This document shows positions 1-7,707 of a stretch of DNA of 13,250 nt, in pieces. The notes beneath the pieces are model-generated. The model was not told where the DNA came from and did not search any database. It saw nothing but the letters and a program-made list of their open reading frames with translations. Both the position numbers and the translations under genes were made by a program. The number at the start of each line of letters is the position of its first letter. The stretch's first letter is position 1. Origin of the DNA: Candidatus Omnitrophota bacterium (GTDB lineage Bacteria; Omnitrophota; Omnitrophia; Omnitrophales; Aquincolibacteriaceae); NCBI GenBank assembly GCA_043803685.1, contig JAZDJU010000045.1, positions 1 through 13,250 of the forward strand, written 5' to 3'.

Positions 1-89
1 ATGTCCCACCCGAAAAGAGTGGCACAGCCTGAGAGCGTAGCCGCGCACAGGACACACGCGACCATCTGCAAAAGAGATTTCCACTTCAT
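1..89 (-). CDS. Putative lipoprotein, N-terminus only (runs off the window start)
   Basis: Manual translation from ATG at 89: MKWKSLLQMVACVLCAATLSGCATLFGWD. Basic N-terminus, hydrophobic core and lipobox LSGC; starts 13 bp after the lpdA stop. Not in the ORF track. Confidence 0.75.
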   Translation of the reverse strand, partial: MKWKSLLQMVACVLCAATLSGCATLFGWD

Positions 90-102
90 AAAGAAAACTA
101 CC

Positions 103-1518
103 CTAACCACGCTTCCGGGAATAGGCGTGGGTGGCGTGCCCGTAGAACATCTCGGCACATTCCATGAGAGTTTCGGAAAGCGTCGGATGCGGGTGAACGA
201 TCCGGGCCAGGTCCCGGACTTTAAGTCCCATCTCGACCGCCAGAAGACCTTCGCTGATAAGTTCCCCGGCCCCAACACCGCAAATACCAACACCCAGGAT
301 CTTTTCGGTCTGAGGGTCTACCAAAAGTTTTGTCGCGCCGTCCGTCCGCTCCAGGGTCAGCGCCCTGCCGGAAGCCGACCACGGGAATTTCACGATCTGG
401 ACGGGAATATTCCTGGCTTTCGCCTCGGCCTCGGTCAACCCGCACCAGGCAAGCTCCGGGTCCGTAAAAACCACTGCTGGAATAACAGAACTTCTATTCT
501 CAGAAGCATTTCCAACGATCGCATCCACGGCGACCTTCGCATCGTTCGATGCTTTGTGCGCGAGCATCATACCGCCCGTTACATCGCCAATGGCGTAAAT
601 ATCCGGTTCCGCAGTCCGCTGTCCTTCATCGACTTTAATGAAGCCTTTCTCATCCAATTGAACTTTTGTCTTTTCGAGCCCCAGGTCCTGACCGTTCGGT
701 GTTCTTCCGATCGACACAAGCACGCGATCGTAGACTTCCCGCTTCTCTTCGCCCGCGATCGTCATCCGGACTTCGATCCCTTCGGCGAGAGGTTTGAGCT
801 CGATCACTTTAGCATTCACTCGAATCTCTTTAAAGTGCTTCGAGGCACGCTCCTGAACAAACCGGACAAGATCCGCGTCAGCGCCGATCAGAATTCCGCC
901 GAGCGCTTCCGCAACGGTGACTTCACTCCCTAACGCGGCATAAACAGTGCCGAGTTCCATGCCAATATATCCCCCGCCCACCACGAGAAGTTTTTTGGGA
1001 ATATCCTGGAGCGCGAGAGCCTCGGTCGAGGTCATCACCCGAGCGTCTTTGCTATCAAAGAGAGAAGGCAACGCGGCCCGTGAGCCGGTCGCAATAATGG
1101 CCTTACCAAACTGGATCTGCTTAGGACCTTCCGGAGTTTCGACGCGCAAAGCCTTGGCTCCGTCAAAGACTGCGCGGCCTGTAACGACTTGCACGCTTCG
1201 CCGTCCGGCAAGACTTGCAATGCCGGCCCCGAGCTTTTCAAGAACAGACTCCTTCCAGATCCGCATTCGATCAAGATGGATGACGGGCTTGGCAAATGTC
1301 ACGCCGCATTTTTCGCTTTCCGCGGTCTCACCGATGAGTTTGGCAATGTGAAGAAGGGCTTTCGAGGGAATACAGCCACGGTTCAGGCAGACGCCGCCGA
1401 GGCGTTTCTCCTGTTCGATCAGAACGACTTTCTTCCCAAGCGCTGCGGCGTAGAAGGCGGCCGTGTAGCCTCCGGGCCCCGCGCCGATCACCGCAATATC
1501 TGTTTGTATTGATTCCAT
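103..1518 (-). CDS. lpdA: Dihydrolipoamide dehydrogenase (E3)
   Basis: FAD motif GAGPGG, redox disulfide GGVCLNRGCIPSK, NAD motif GGGYIGME, GD motif, C-terminal HPHPTLSE. ATG at 1518 (GGGGA upstream) preferred over TTG at 1539. Confidence 0.95.
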   Translation of the reverse strand: MESIQTDIAVIGAGPGGYTAAFYAAALGKKVVLIEQEKRLGGVCLNRGCIPSKALLHIAKLIGETAESEKCGVTFAKPVIHLDRMRIWKESVLEKLGAGIASLAGRRSVQVVTGRAVFDGAKALRVETPEGPKQIQFGKAIIATGSRAALPSLFDSKDARVMTSTEALALQDIPKKLLVVGGGYIGMELGTVYAALGSEVTVAEALGGILIGADADLVRFVQERASKHFKEIRVNAKVIELKPLAEGIEVRMTIAGEEKREVYDRVLVSIGRTPNGQDLGLEKTKVQLDEKGFIKVDEGQRTAEPDIYAIGDVTGGMMLAHKASNDAKVAVDAIVGNASENRSSVIPAVVFTDPELAWCGLTEAEAKARNIPVQIVKFPWSASGRALTLERTDGATKLLVDPQTEKILGVGICGVGAGELISEGLLAVEMGLKVRDLARIVHPHPTLSETLMECAEMFYGHATHAYSRKRG

Positions 1519-1650
1519 TTGTTTTGTCCCCAACCGCAAAAAATGAATGCGTGTATTTTAACAAAACCCGAAGGGAAAGGAAGATTTCCTTTCCTCATTG
1601 ATTTCCCTTTCCATTTGAACTTCCATTTACTGCAAGGGACCGTACTCAAT

Positions 1651-1730
1651 AAGTATCAAAGTATCAGCGTGTCATAGTATCAATGTATCTGTGTGTTTTT
1701 TGAAACTCTGATACTCCGATACTTGACACT
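1651..1730. repeat. Degenerate 8-bp tandem array with an inverted counterpart
   Basis: aagtatca aagtatca gcgtgtca tagtatca atgtatct (1651-1690), then the reverse-complement type units tgaaactc tgatactc cgatactt gacact (1701-1730). Confidence 0.75.
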
Positions 1731-2616
1731 AAGACACTTTTTTATAAAGCACTGCGGCCCAGCTGCGCCCACGAAGGATCTTCAAACACTTGAGCGGAGC
1801 TTTGGTGAATTCGCGCTTAAACGCCGGGAAGTTCCTGTGAGAGATCCCCGACACGAGGAGGTGACCTCCCGGACGGACCCGGGCAACAATCTTTTCGCGG
1901 TACTCCAAAAGAACCTTTGAGATCAGATTGGCGCCCACGGTATCGAAATGCCCGGAAACTTTCGATCTCTTGAGCTGGGCGCAAAAGAACGTCCCGTTCT
2001 CACATTGGTTCTTGCGAAAATTTTCCCCGGCTACAAGGGCCGAAGGTTTGTCATTGTCGTATCCGGTGATCTTTCGAGCGCCTAATTTTGAAACTGCAAC
2101 CGACAGAATCCCAGTCCCGCACCCAATATCCAGAAAACTCCCGATCCTTCCTTCCAGGGATTCCAGGAGACGCACCATCAGACGCGTCGTTTCGTGATAC
2201 CCCGACCCGAACGCACTTCCGGGTTCCAGAAAAATGGGGCTCCGGCGAGAGGCCTTGAATTTGCGTCTCTCCCAGAATGGCACGATCATGAACTTCGCGC
2301 CAAGAGGCCCAATATGATAATCCCGCTTCCACTTGTCGAACCAATCACGCCGCCCAAGGCTTTTGACCTTTATAATTAAAGGGAGATCCCCTGCCTTATA
2401 TTTCTTCTGGATCTCGTGAATTTTAGGCATGGAACGGGTGTAGAAGATGACACGAAACACACCCTTGTAGTCGGAAAAAACAAGCTCGTGTTCAAGGATC
2501 CGGCAACTCCGAAGAAGTTTCAGGGCCAATTCCTTTTCCGCAGGGCGAAGATTTCGACCGCACAACGCGATCTCGATCACGGAGTAGGGGTCCGATTGAG
2601 GCAGGGCTTTTTTCAT
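1729..2616 (-). CDS. prmA: Ribosomal protein L11 methyltransferase
   Basis: DWFDKWK, IFLEPGSAFGSGYHETT, SAM motif LDIGCGTGILS, ANL and LLVSGI motifs. 4-bp ATGA overlap with the upstream gene. Confidence 0.9.
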   Translation of the reverse strand: MKKALPQSDPYSVIEIALCGRNLRPAEKELALKLLRSCRILEHELVFSDYKGVFRVIFYTRSMPKIHEIQKKYKAGDLPLIIKVKSLGRRDWFDKWKRDYHIGPLGAKFMIVPFWERRKFKASRRSPIFLEPGSAFGSGYHETTRLMVRLLESLEGRIGSFLDIGCGTGILSVAVSKLGARKITGYDNDKPSALVAGENFRKNQCENGTFFCAQLKRSKVSGHFDTVGANLISKVLLEYREKIVARVRPGGHLLVSGISHRNFPAFKREFTKAPLKCLKILRGRSWAAVLYKKVS

Positions 2617-3434
2617 TCCAACGGATAATCGGAGACTTTGACGAACTTGTAACCCTTGGAGCGGAGCTTGCGCACGACTTCGATCGTACTGTCCGCAAAG
2701 GAGCTTTGAAGCGAAACGCCGCCAAGGATCATAATAGCGCCCATCGCAGGATTCGCGAGGACCTCAAGGATCTGTTTCTTCTCAAGACCTCCCTCCTGAG
2801 CCCCCCGGCTTGAGGAACCGAGGGCTTCATACCCAAGAGCCTTGATAATACGTACCGCCACTTCATCGTAGTGACCGGATCCGGCATGGTAATACTGAGG
2901 CAACGTTCCCGTGATCGATTCGATCTTCCTCGCATTTTCTTCGATCTCGTTAAAAAGCTCCTTCACATTACCTGTCCCCGGTTTTCCATAAGCAGCCTTA
3001 CCGCTTACCGAACACGCCTTCTGCGATATCCCCTGATTGGCGATCTCAAAAAGAGGGTTCGCGGCAAGCTTTTTGAGAACCGCCCCGTTCTTGTCGACCC
3101 ATTCCCCGCAGATAAAAATCGTGGCGGGGATCTTTTCCGCCGCAAAGAACTTGATCAACTTCGAGTCCTGCCCGTATTTCATCAGATCACAGGCATCCAC
3201 CCCAAGGGCTACGACCTTGTCCTCTGTTTTTAGACGGGTTTTGACCCCGGAGACCGATTCTCCCCACTCATGCGGCGTCTGACCGGAAAACTCCGTCTCA
3301 ATGATCTCGCGAAGCAGCTGGTAGTCCTCCGGCTCGGCTTCCGGCGCGCGCTGGGGATCGGCAGCCCATGTGTTCCCTGTCCCTTGAAGAATGCCCCACG
3401 ATAAAAAAATTATAAAGAAAACAGCGTGTCTCAC
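2613..3434 (-). CDS. Secreted polysaccharide deacetylase (NodB/CE4)-like protein with degenerate active site
   Basis: Signal peptide; KVVALGVDAC, IPATIFICGEW, FEIANQG and C-terminal LRSKGYKFVKVSD fit the CE4 fold. GTG start with GAGGG upstream. Confidence 0.8.
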   Translation of the reverse strand: MRHAVFFIIFLSWGILQGTGNTWAADPQRAPEAEPEDYQLLREIIETEFSGQTPHEWGESVSGVKTRLKTEDKVVALGVDACDLMKYGQDSKLIKFFAAEKIPATIFICGEWVDKNGAVLKKLAANPLFEIANQGISQKACSVSGKAAYGKPGTGNVKELFNEIEENARKIESITGTLPQYYHAGSGHYDEVAVRIIKALGYEALGSSSRGAQEGGLEKKQILEVLANPAMGAIMILGGVSLQSSFADSTIEVVRKLRSKGYKFVKVSDYPLE

Positions 3435-3474
3435 CTATCGACCCTCAAAGTAAATAACATTGTCATTCATCTCT

Positions 3475-4065
3475 TTATGAAGCATCGGATTCCCGCTCCA
3501 TTTCTTTGAGCATCTTTCGAAGCAATTCTTTGGGCAAACCGACCACGTTGGAGTAAGACCCCACGATCCGGCTCACGATCTTGGGACGCCCCTGGATCGC
3601 ATAGGCCCCAGCTTTATCAAAGGAATGGATCGTATCCACATACTTCTGAAGCCATGTCTCTGCAACCGATTTCATCCACACATCGGTCTTGGAATATCCG
3701 GTAAGCATTCGTCCCTTGCTCCGGTCCCAAAGCGCGAGGCCGGTGTAGACAGCATGTTTTTTCCCCGCAAGCCCTCGCAACATCCGTAAAGCCTCGGCCC
3801 GGCTCTTCGGCTTTCCGAGACCTCGGCCCCGGTGCCAAACGATCGTGTCTCCTCCAAGAACAAACCTGCCACTCTCCGGAAGTATGGCTTTACGGACTTT
3901 TCCGATGGCATGACGAACGCAAAGAATTTCGGGAGCCGTCTTCCGGCACCATCGTTCCCGGTAAGCGCTGGAAACAACCTTGAAGGGAATCTTCAGATCT
4001 TGGAGGAATCGCTGTCTCCGGGAGGACTGGGAAGCAAGCAGAACGATCGATCGACATCTCGGCAC
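3475..4065 (-). CDS. maf: Maf family nucleoside triphosphate pyrophosphatase (YhdE-like)
   Basis: LASQSSRR, GGDTIV, LGKP, DKAGAYAIQG, SYSNVVGLP. Exact start uncertain. Confidence 0.92.
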   Translation of the reverse strand: MPRCRSIVLLASQSSRRQRFLQDLKIPFKVVSSAYRERWCRKTAPEILCVRHAIGKVRKAILPESGRFVLGGDTIVWHRGRGLGKPKSRAEALRMLRGLAGKKHAVYTGLALWDRSKGRMLTGYSKTDVWMKSVAETWLQKYVDTIHSFDKAGAYAIQGRPKIVSRIVGSYSNVVGLPKELLRKMLKEMERESDAS

Positions 4066-4115
4066 GGTTCAATCCCCCGAAAGGTAAACGTTGGAGAAAA
4101 GATCCTGGATCAGAC

Positions 4116-4152
4116 AAAAAAAAGAGGGGGCCACGAGACCCCCTCTTTTTTT
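4116..4152. terminator. Bidirectional intrinsic terminator
   Basis: A-run + gaggggg stem, loop, ccccctc + T-run, about 11 bp after the stop of 4164..4502. Confidence 0.88.
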
Positions 4153-4163
4153 GAAAAAAAATC

Positions 4164-4502
4164 TTACTTCGCAGAAGCACCGCTGAGATTCACATCGCTC
4201 GGGATCGGAACATCCGCAGGGATCACGAAGGTCACCAAGTGAACGGCACCCAAAACTGTCGTTACAACGGTATCCATCACGCCCTGACCGACGCCAGACC
4301 ACACATTCTTACCTTCATTGGAATATTCGTTAGGGGTCGAGAAAAGCTTGGTCCAACCCAAAACCGTATTGGTCAAGCCATACCCTAACTTACCGACGAC
4401 CTTTTCGCCGTAGGTCTTCTCTTCCGTCCACGGACTCGCCGCAAAAGCCATAGGCGCGAGAAGCATGGAAAGTACCACCACGAGACTCATGATCTTCTTC
4501 AT
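4164..4502 (-). CDS. Small secreted protein, resembles exosortase-system-associated TIGR04073 family
   Basis: AGGAGG RBS; signal peptide ending AFA; KLGYGLTNTVLGW and GVGQG...GAVHLVTFVIP resemble that family as I recall it; has its own terminator. Confidence 0.65.
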   Translation of the reverse strand: MKKIMSLVVVLSMLLAPMAFAASPWTEEKTYGEKVVGKLGYGLTNTVLGWTKLFSTPNEYSNEGKNVWSGVGQGVMDTVVTTVLGAVHLVTFVIPADVPIPSDVNLSGASAK

Positions 4503-4806
4503 TGAATTTCCTCCTGTTGGTTAGAACGTGAAGCTACCGGCCCATCAAAAATCCAACTAGGATTTACTCTACTAAAAAAATTTTAATGAATCAACCGATA
4601 TTTCCATTTTTTATGAATCCCCGGTCGGCGCACGGTGCAATTCACCGCCGTCCCGATCGATGACGGACACGACTCACTTTGGAGAGTGCCGTCATCGCAC
4701 TTGAGCATCGGGCGCAAGTGTTGTACCAAACACGCAAATCGCACTACTCCGTCCCGCCAATGGCGGGACTTCGAGTGCTGACCAGTTTACTAATTTAAAA
4801 ACGAAG

Positions 4807-4830
4807 AAGGCTCCCTGTAAAGGGAGCCTT
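4807..4830 (-). terminator. Probable intrinsic terminator downstream of the CCA-bearing tRNA end
   Basis: Perfect 10-bp stem aaggctccct-gtaa-agggagcctt; on the minus strand followed by CTTCGTTTTT. Confidence 0.65.
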
Positions 4831-4847
4831 TCTCATGCATAGTAAAC

Positions 4848-4865
4848 TGGTCGGGGTGACAGGAA
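4848..4865 (-). other. tRNA-Pro 3'-terminal fragment with CCA (short att-like copy)
   Basis: Minus strand TTCCTGTCACCCCGACCA; 4851-4865 is identical to 5021-5035. Confidence 0.8.
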
Positions 4866-5020
4866 CCGGCTCCCCTTCGGGGTAGGCCCTCCGCTCTTGG
4901 AAATGCAACGTCAGTTGCATTCCCAAACAAGAGCTCCTTTCAATTCCTGTCAGCACGAAGGGGCGCGCGGCGCTATTTGCCGCCGTCCCGATTTTCTCGT
5001 TTCTTTACATAATAGAAAAA

Positions 5021-5065
5021 TCGGGGTGACAGGAATTGAACCTGCGACATCTTGCTCCCAAAGCA
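5021..5065 (-). pseudogene. tRNA-Pro(TGG) 3' portion; probable att site of the integrated element
   Basis: Minus strand TGC TTTGGGA GCAAG ATGTC GCAGG TTCAATT CCTGT CACCCCGA: anticodon loop TGG, variable loop, T-arm and acceptor 3' strand. No D-arm and no CCA; 66 bp from the integrase stop. Confidence 0.88.
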
Positions 5066-5131
5066 GCATTCCCCCGACTTCCGGTTAAACTTTGTTGTGA
5101 CACAACGAGTTACGAAAAATCAGACGTGGAA

Positions 5132-7147
5132 TTATACGATAAATTTGCGCCCAGTCCCACTTTTCGTTGCGGCCAGTCCCAACTGTACTATTTTGGCACG
5201 ACCCGATCTATTATGAAAGCTCACGGACCTTAATTGGCGCGATTCCCTGCCAATTATGAATTGCAAGAAATCATCTTTTAATACGAAGGATTGACGCCCA
5301 ATTTCGATTCTTCTACACCTTTTGAGACGGTAATAAAAATTAGTCCTGCTTCCTCCGAATTTTTTAAATGCCTCATCGCATGTCATATAATTCTTAACGA
5401 GATCAAGAATGCTCGATTGATCGTAAAGGTATTTATTCTGGCCTTCGCTTTCTATCTTGCAAAAGCCACCTTGTAAAGCCCACGATCTAAGAGATCGATA
5501 TTCAACGCCTAACGGCGATAGAAGCTTGAGGGCTTCAGCTTCACTGGTGCATTTCTCATCATTCTTTTTCGATGATTGAAGATTGTATCCCAGAGCTCGT
5601 TCATAGGCTTGCTTGATATCAATGACGCTGTTTGTTTTTGCAGCCTGCAAGGAATCTAACATGGCAAAGAAATCCTCTTTGCCAATACGCTCCAACAAAC
5701 CGTTGCGGGATCCCTTTCCTAATAGTCTTTTATACTCCTCCATTTCACCAAGCGGATTATTATGAACATAATTTCGCTCCAAAGTCTCCAAATCCATATG
5801 GATCAGTCTTTGTTGCATCAGTCGAGGCGACAAACTTTTCCCGAAAGGTTCGATATTCAATGTTGCCAGAGTATGCCGCAACGTATGCGGAGACGGGATC
5901 CTCCCTTTAGTCGTGGAAATCCCGAGCTTTTTGCAATACCTGCACACGATACCGCGAATTCCTGTTCTGGTCATTGCTACGCCATTATTAGAAACAAATA
6001 ACCTTTGAACCTTAGGATTGAATTTGTCGCGAGCAAAGTGAATCCAACATCTCAACAATGGAATTGTTTGTTGAAAAAGAACGTAAAGAACGACATCTTC
6101 TTTATCCCCTTTCAAAAAAACTCCTGGAACCGCTATCTGATATCTGCCATCCGAAAGCTCTTTAATGTCATTCGTTTCCAAACTTGCTAAAGTCGATGCT
6201 CTGAGACCTGTGTCATAGATCAAAACGGTCAAACACCTTTCCCGGACTTCATTAGAGTCATTCCAATTCATTGATTCCAAATCCAGAAGCTTGTTCATCT
6301 GGTCCGGCATTATGAAATCTTTTCTAGACTTCGGCTTTGATCTCTCCAAAACAAAATGGTTGAAAGGATTTTCCTTTAATAACCCAAGCGCGATACCGTT
6401 CCCTATGATCGAGAAAAGAGCTGCTAAATACGTTCGGGCGGAATCTTCTTTTCCTTGCTTTCGATATATTACCAAAAAATCCTCGAGATCCTTCCCTTTA
6501 AGACTTTCTATCCCCATTCTATTAAGCGCGCCAAGAATCACGAGCACCTTATCGATATAGCATTTGCGGTTATAATCACTGAGTCTCTTTGATTTCCTTT
6601 CAAACTCGATCCTGAAAACCTCATGTTTTGATTCAGGATCATCAAAGAATTTTTTCTTTGAGACAAGACATCTTCCATCATCTTCAAAAGAGATAATGAG
6701 TTTCTGAGTTGCTCTTGTGAGGTCATGGAACCGACGATATTTCCAGTACGCTTTTCTTGGCAAAACAAGGCGTCGAATCAGTTTCTTATCATAAAAATAG
6801 TTATTGAGCAATTTGCGAATATCGTCGGTGACAGTATTAATAGTCGATTCGTCGTAGATACCACCCTCCGCCTTCTTAAAACCATGGGAAGGCGCCTCTC
6901 TAAATTCTTCAAGCAGTATTTCGTCAGGAATAATTCCTTCCTTCTTCGAAAACTCTAAGAATAGTAAAAATAATCGGACTTGGGGACCGCCATAGACATA
7001 ATCAACATGTCGTTTATCAAATGGATGAGCCTGTTCGGCAGCGTCTTTCAATAAAGACGTGAATTCATCGATACTGAAAGGCTTTTCACAAACCGGCAGA
7101 GTCATAAGGTCGGCATGCGCATACCGATTCACTATCGCATATCTCAA
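5132..7147 (-). CDS. Large tyrosine recombinase/integrase with C-terminal HTH extension
   Basis: DTGLR (R316), LKGDK, HTLRH (H421, R424), LIH (H450), RNY (Y460). TTG start with AGGAGG RBS. Confidence 0.92.
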   Translation of the reverse strand: MRYAIVNRYAHADLMTLPVCEKPFSIDEFTSLLKDAAEQAHPFDKRHVDYVYGGPQVRLFLLFLEFSKKEGIIPDEILLEEFREAPSHGFKKAEGGIYDESTINTVTDDIRKLLNNYFYDKKLIRRLVLPRKAYWKYRRFHDLTRATQKLIISFEDDGRCLVSKKKFFDDPESKHEVFRIEFERKSKRLSDYNRKCYIDKVLVILGALNRMGIESLKGKDLEDFLVIYRKQGKEDSARTYLAALFSIIGNGIALGLLKENPFNHFVLERSKPKSRKDFIMPDQMNKLLDLESMNWNDSNEVRERCLTVLIYDTGLRASTLASLETNDIKELSDGRYQIAVPGVFLKGDKEDVVLYVLFQQTIPLLRCWIHFARDKFNPKVQRLFVSNNGVAMTRTGIRGIVCRYCKKLGISTTKGRIPSPHTLRHTLATLNIEPFGKSLSPRLMQQRLIHMDLETLERNYVHNNPLGEMEEYKRLLGKGSRNGLLERIGKEDFFAMLDSLQAAKTNSVIDIKQAYERALGYNLQSSKKNDEKCTSEAEALKLLSPLGVEYRSLRSWALQGGFCKIESEGQNKYLYDQSSILDLVKNYMTCDEAFKKFGGSRTNFYYRLKRCRRIEIGRQSFVLKDDFLQFIIGRESRQLRSVSFHNRSGRAKIVQLGLAATKSGTGRKFIV

Positions 7148-7167
7148 ACCGCACCTCCTCTCCTGTT

Positions 7168-7590
7168 TTAATCTGTTGTCAGATTAGACTCCTTAAGAGC
7201 CTGCAAGACAGCTTGAAGCACTTGATTTTTAGTGGTGTCCGAATCTTTTTTGGGAGAGCCTGTTTTCAAGAAACACAGATATGGCGGCAATAAGCGGAAC
7301 ACAACCCGCCTCCCATGATTAAATGAATCAATAACGGCATTACGACACAAATGGCGCTTCCATTTTTTAACTGTGATAGGAGAAACACCATAGCGTTTAG
7401 CTAAATCCAAATAAGCCGCAGAATAAATACCTGATGCATCGGAATGGAAATAAATATCAAAGAGCAGTAGCCAAGCCGGCCCGATTTTTTCCCGCTCCGC
7501 TGGTTTTTCAAAAACACACAGCATAAATTCACTCCAGTCAAAAATTAGCTTGTTTGTTTCCCTGCTTAATTTCAAGCCTGTTGCGTTCAC
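7168..7590 (-). CDS. Winged helix-turn-helix protein
   Basis: AYLDLAKRYGVSPITVKKWKRHL followed by a beta-wing-like segment. GTG start with GGGGAG upstream; 20 bp before the integrase start. Confidence 0.72.
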   Translation of the reverse strand: MNATGLKLSRETNKLIFDWSEFMLCVFEKPAEREKIGPAWLLLFDIYFHSDASGIYSAAYLDLAKRYGVSPITVKKWKRHLCRNAVIDSFNHGRRVVFRLLPPYLCFLKTGSPKKDSDTTKNQVLQAVLQALKESNLTTD

Positions 7591-7707
7591 TGAGCTCCCC
7601 CCTTGATTGATCGAATTCCTGTCGCAACTTGCAAGACAAGCTACTAAATAAAGGGGCTACGCATCCCGGCCACCGCTGACAAACATTATGAAAACAAGCG
7701 GCCACAC

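Larger units (their letters stand above)
4627..5040. repeat. Composite palindromic (REP/MITE-like) non-coding tract
   Basis: Stems at 4658-4666/4689-4697, 4698-4703/4715-4720, 4751-4769, 4780-4792/4840-4852, 4807-4830, 4897-4909/4914-4926 and 4939-4952/5027-5040. 31-bp direct repeat at 4627-4657 and 4962-4992. Confidence 0.8.

Noticed and set aside
1..933. 310-aa plus-strand ORF
   Set aside because: Antisense shadow of lpdA with no recognisable motifs.
4620..5040. CRISPR array, group I/II intron, tmRNA or RNase P RNA
   Set aside because: Repeats occur only as pairs with long, unequal spacing, no cas genes are present, and I found no conserved core motifs of those RNAs by eye. A cmscan would be needed to exclude them fully.
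5021..5076. Functional tRNA-Pro gene
   Set aside because: No D-arm, incomplete acceptor 5' strand, broken anticodon stem.
4897..5088. 63-aa ORF ending IGVTGIEPATSCSQS
   Set aside because: This is the translation of the tRNA antisense strand, a known type of spurious ORF.
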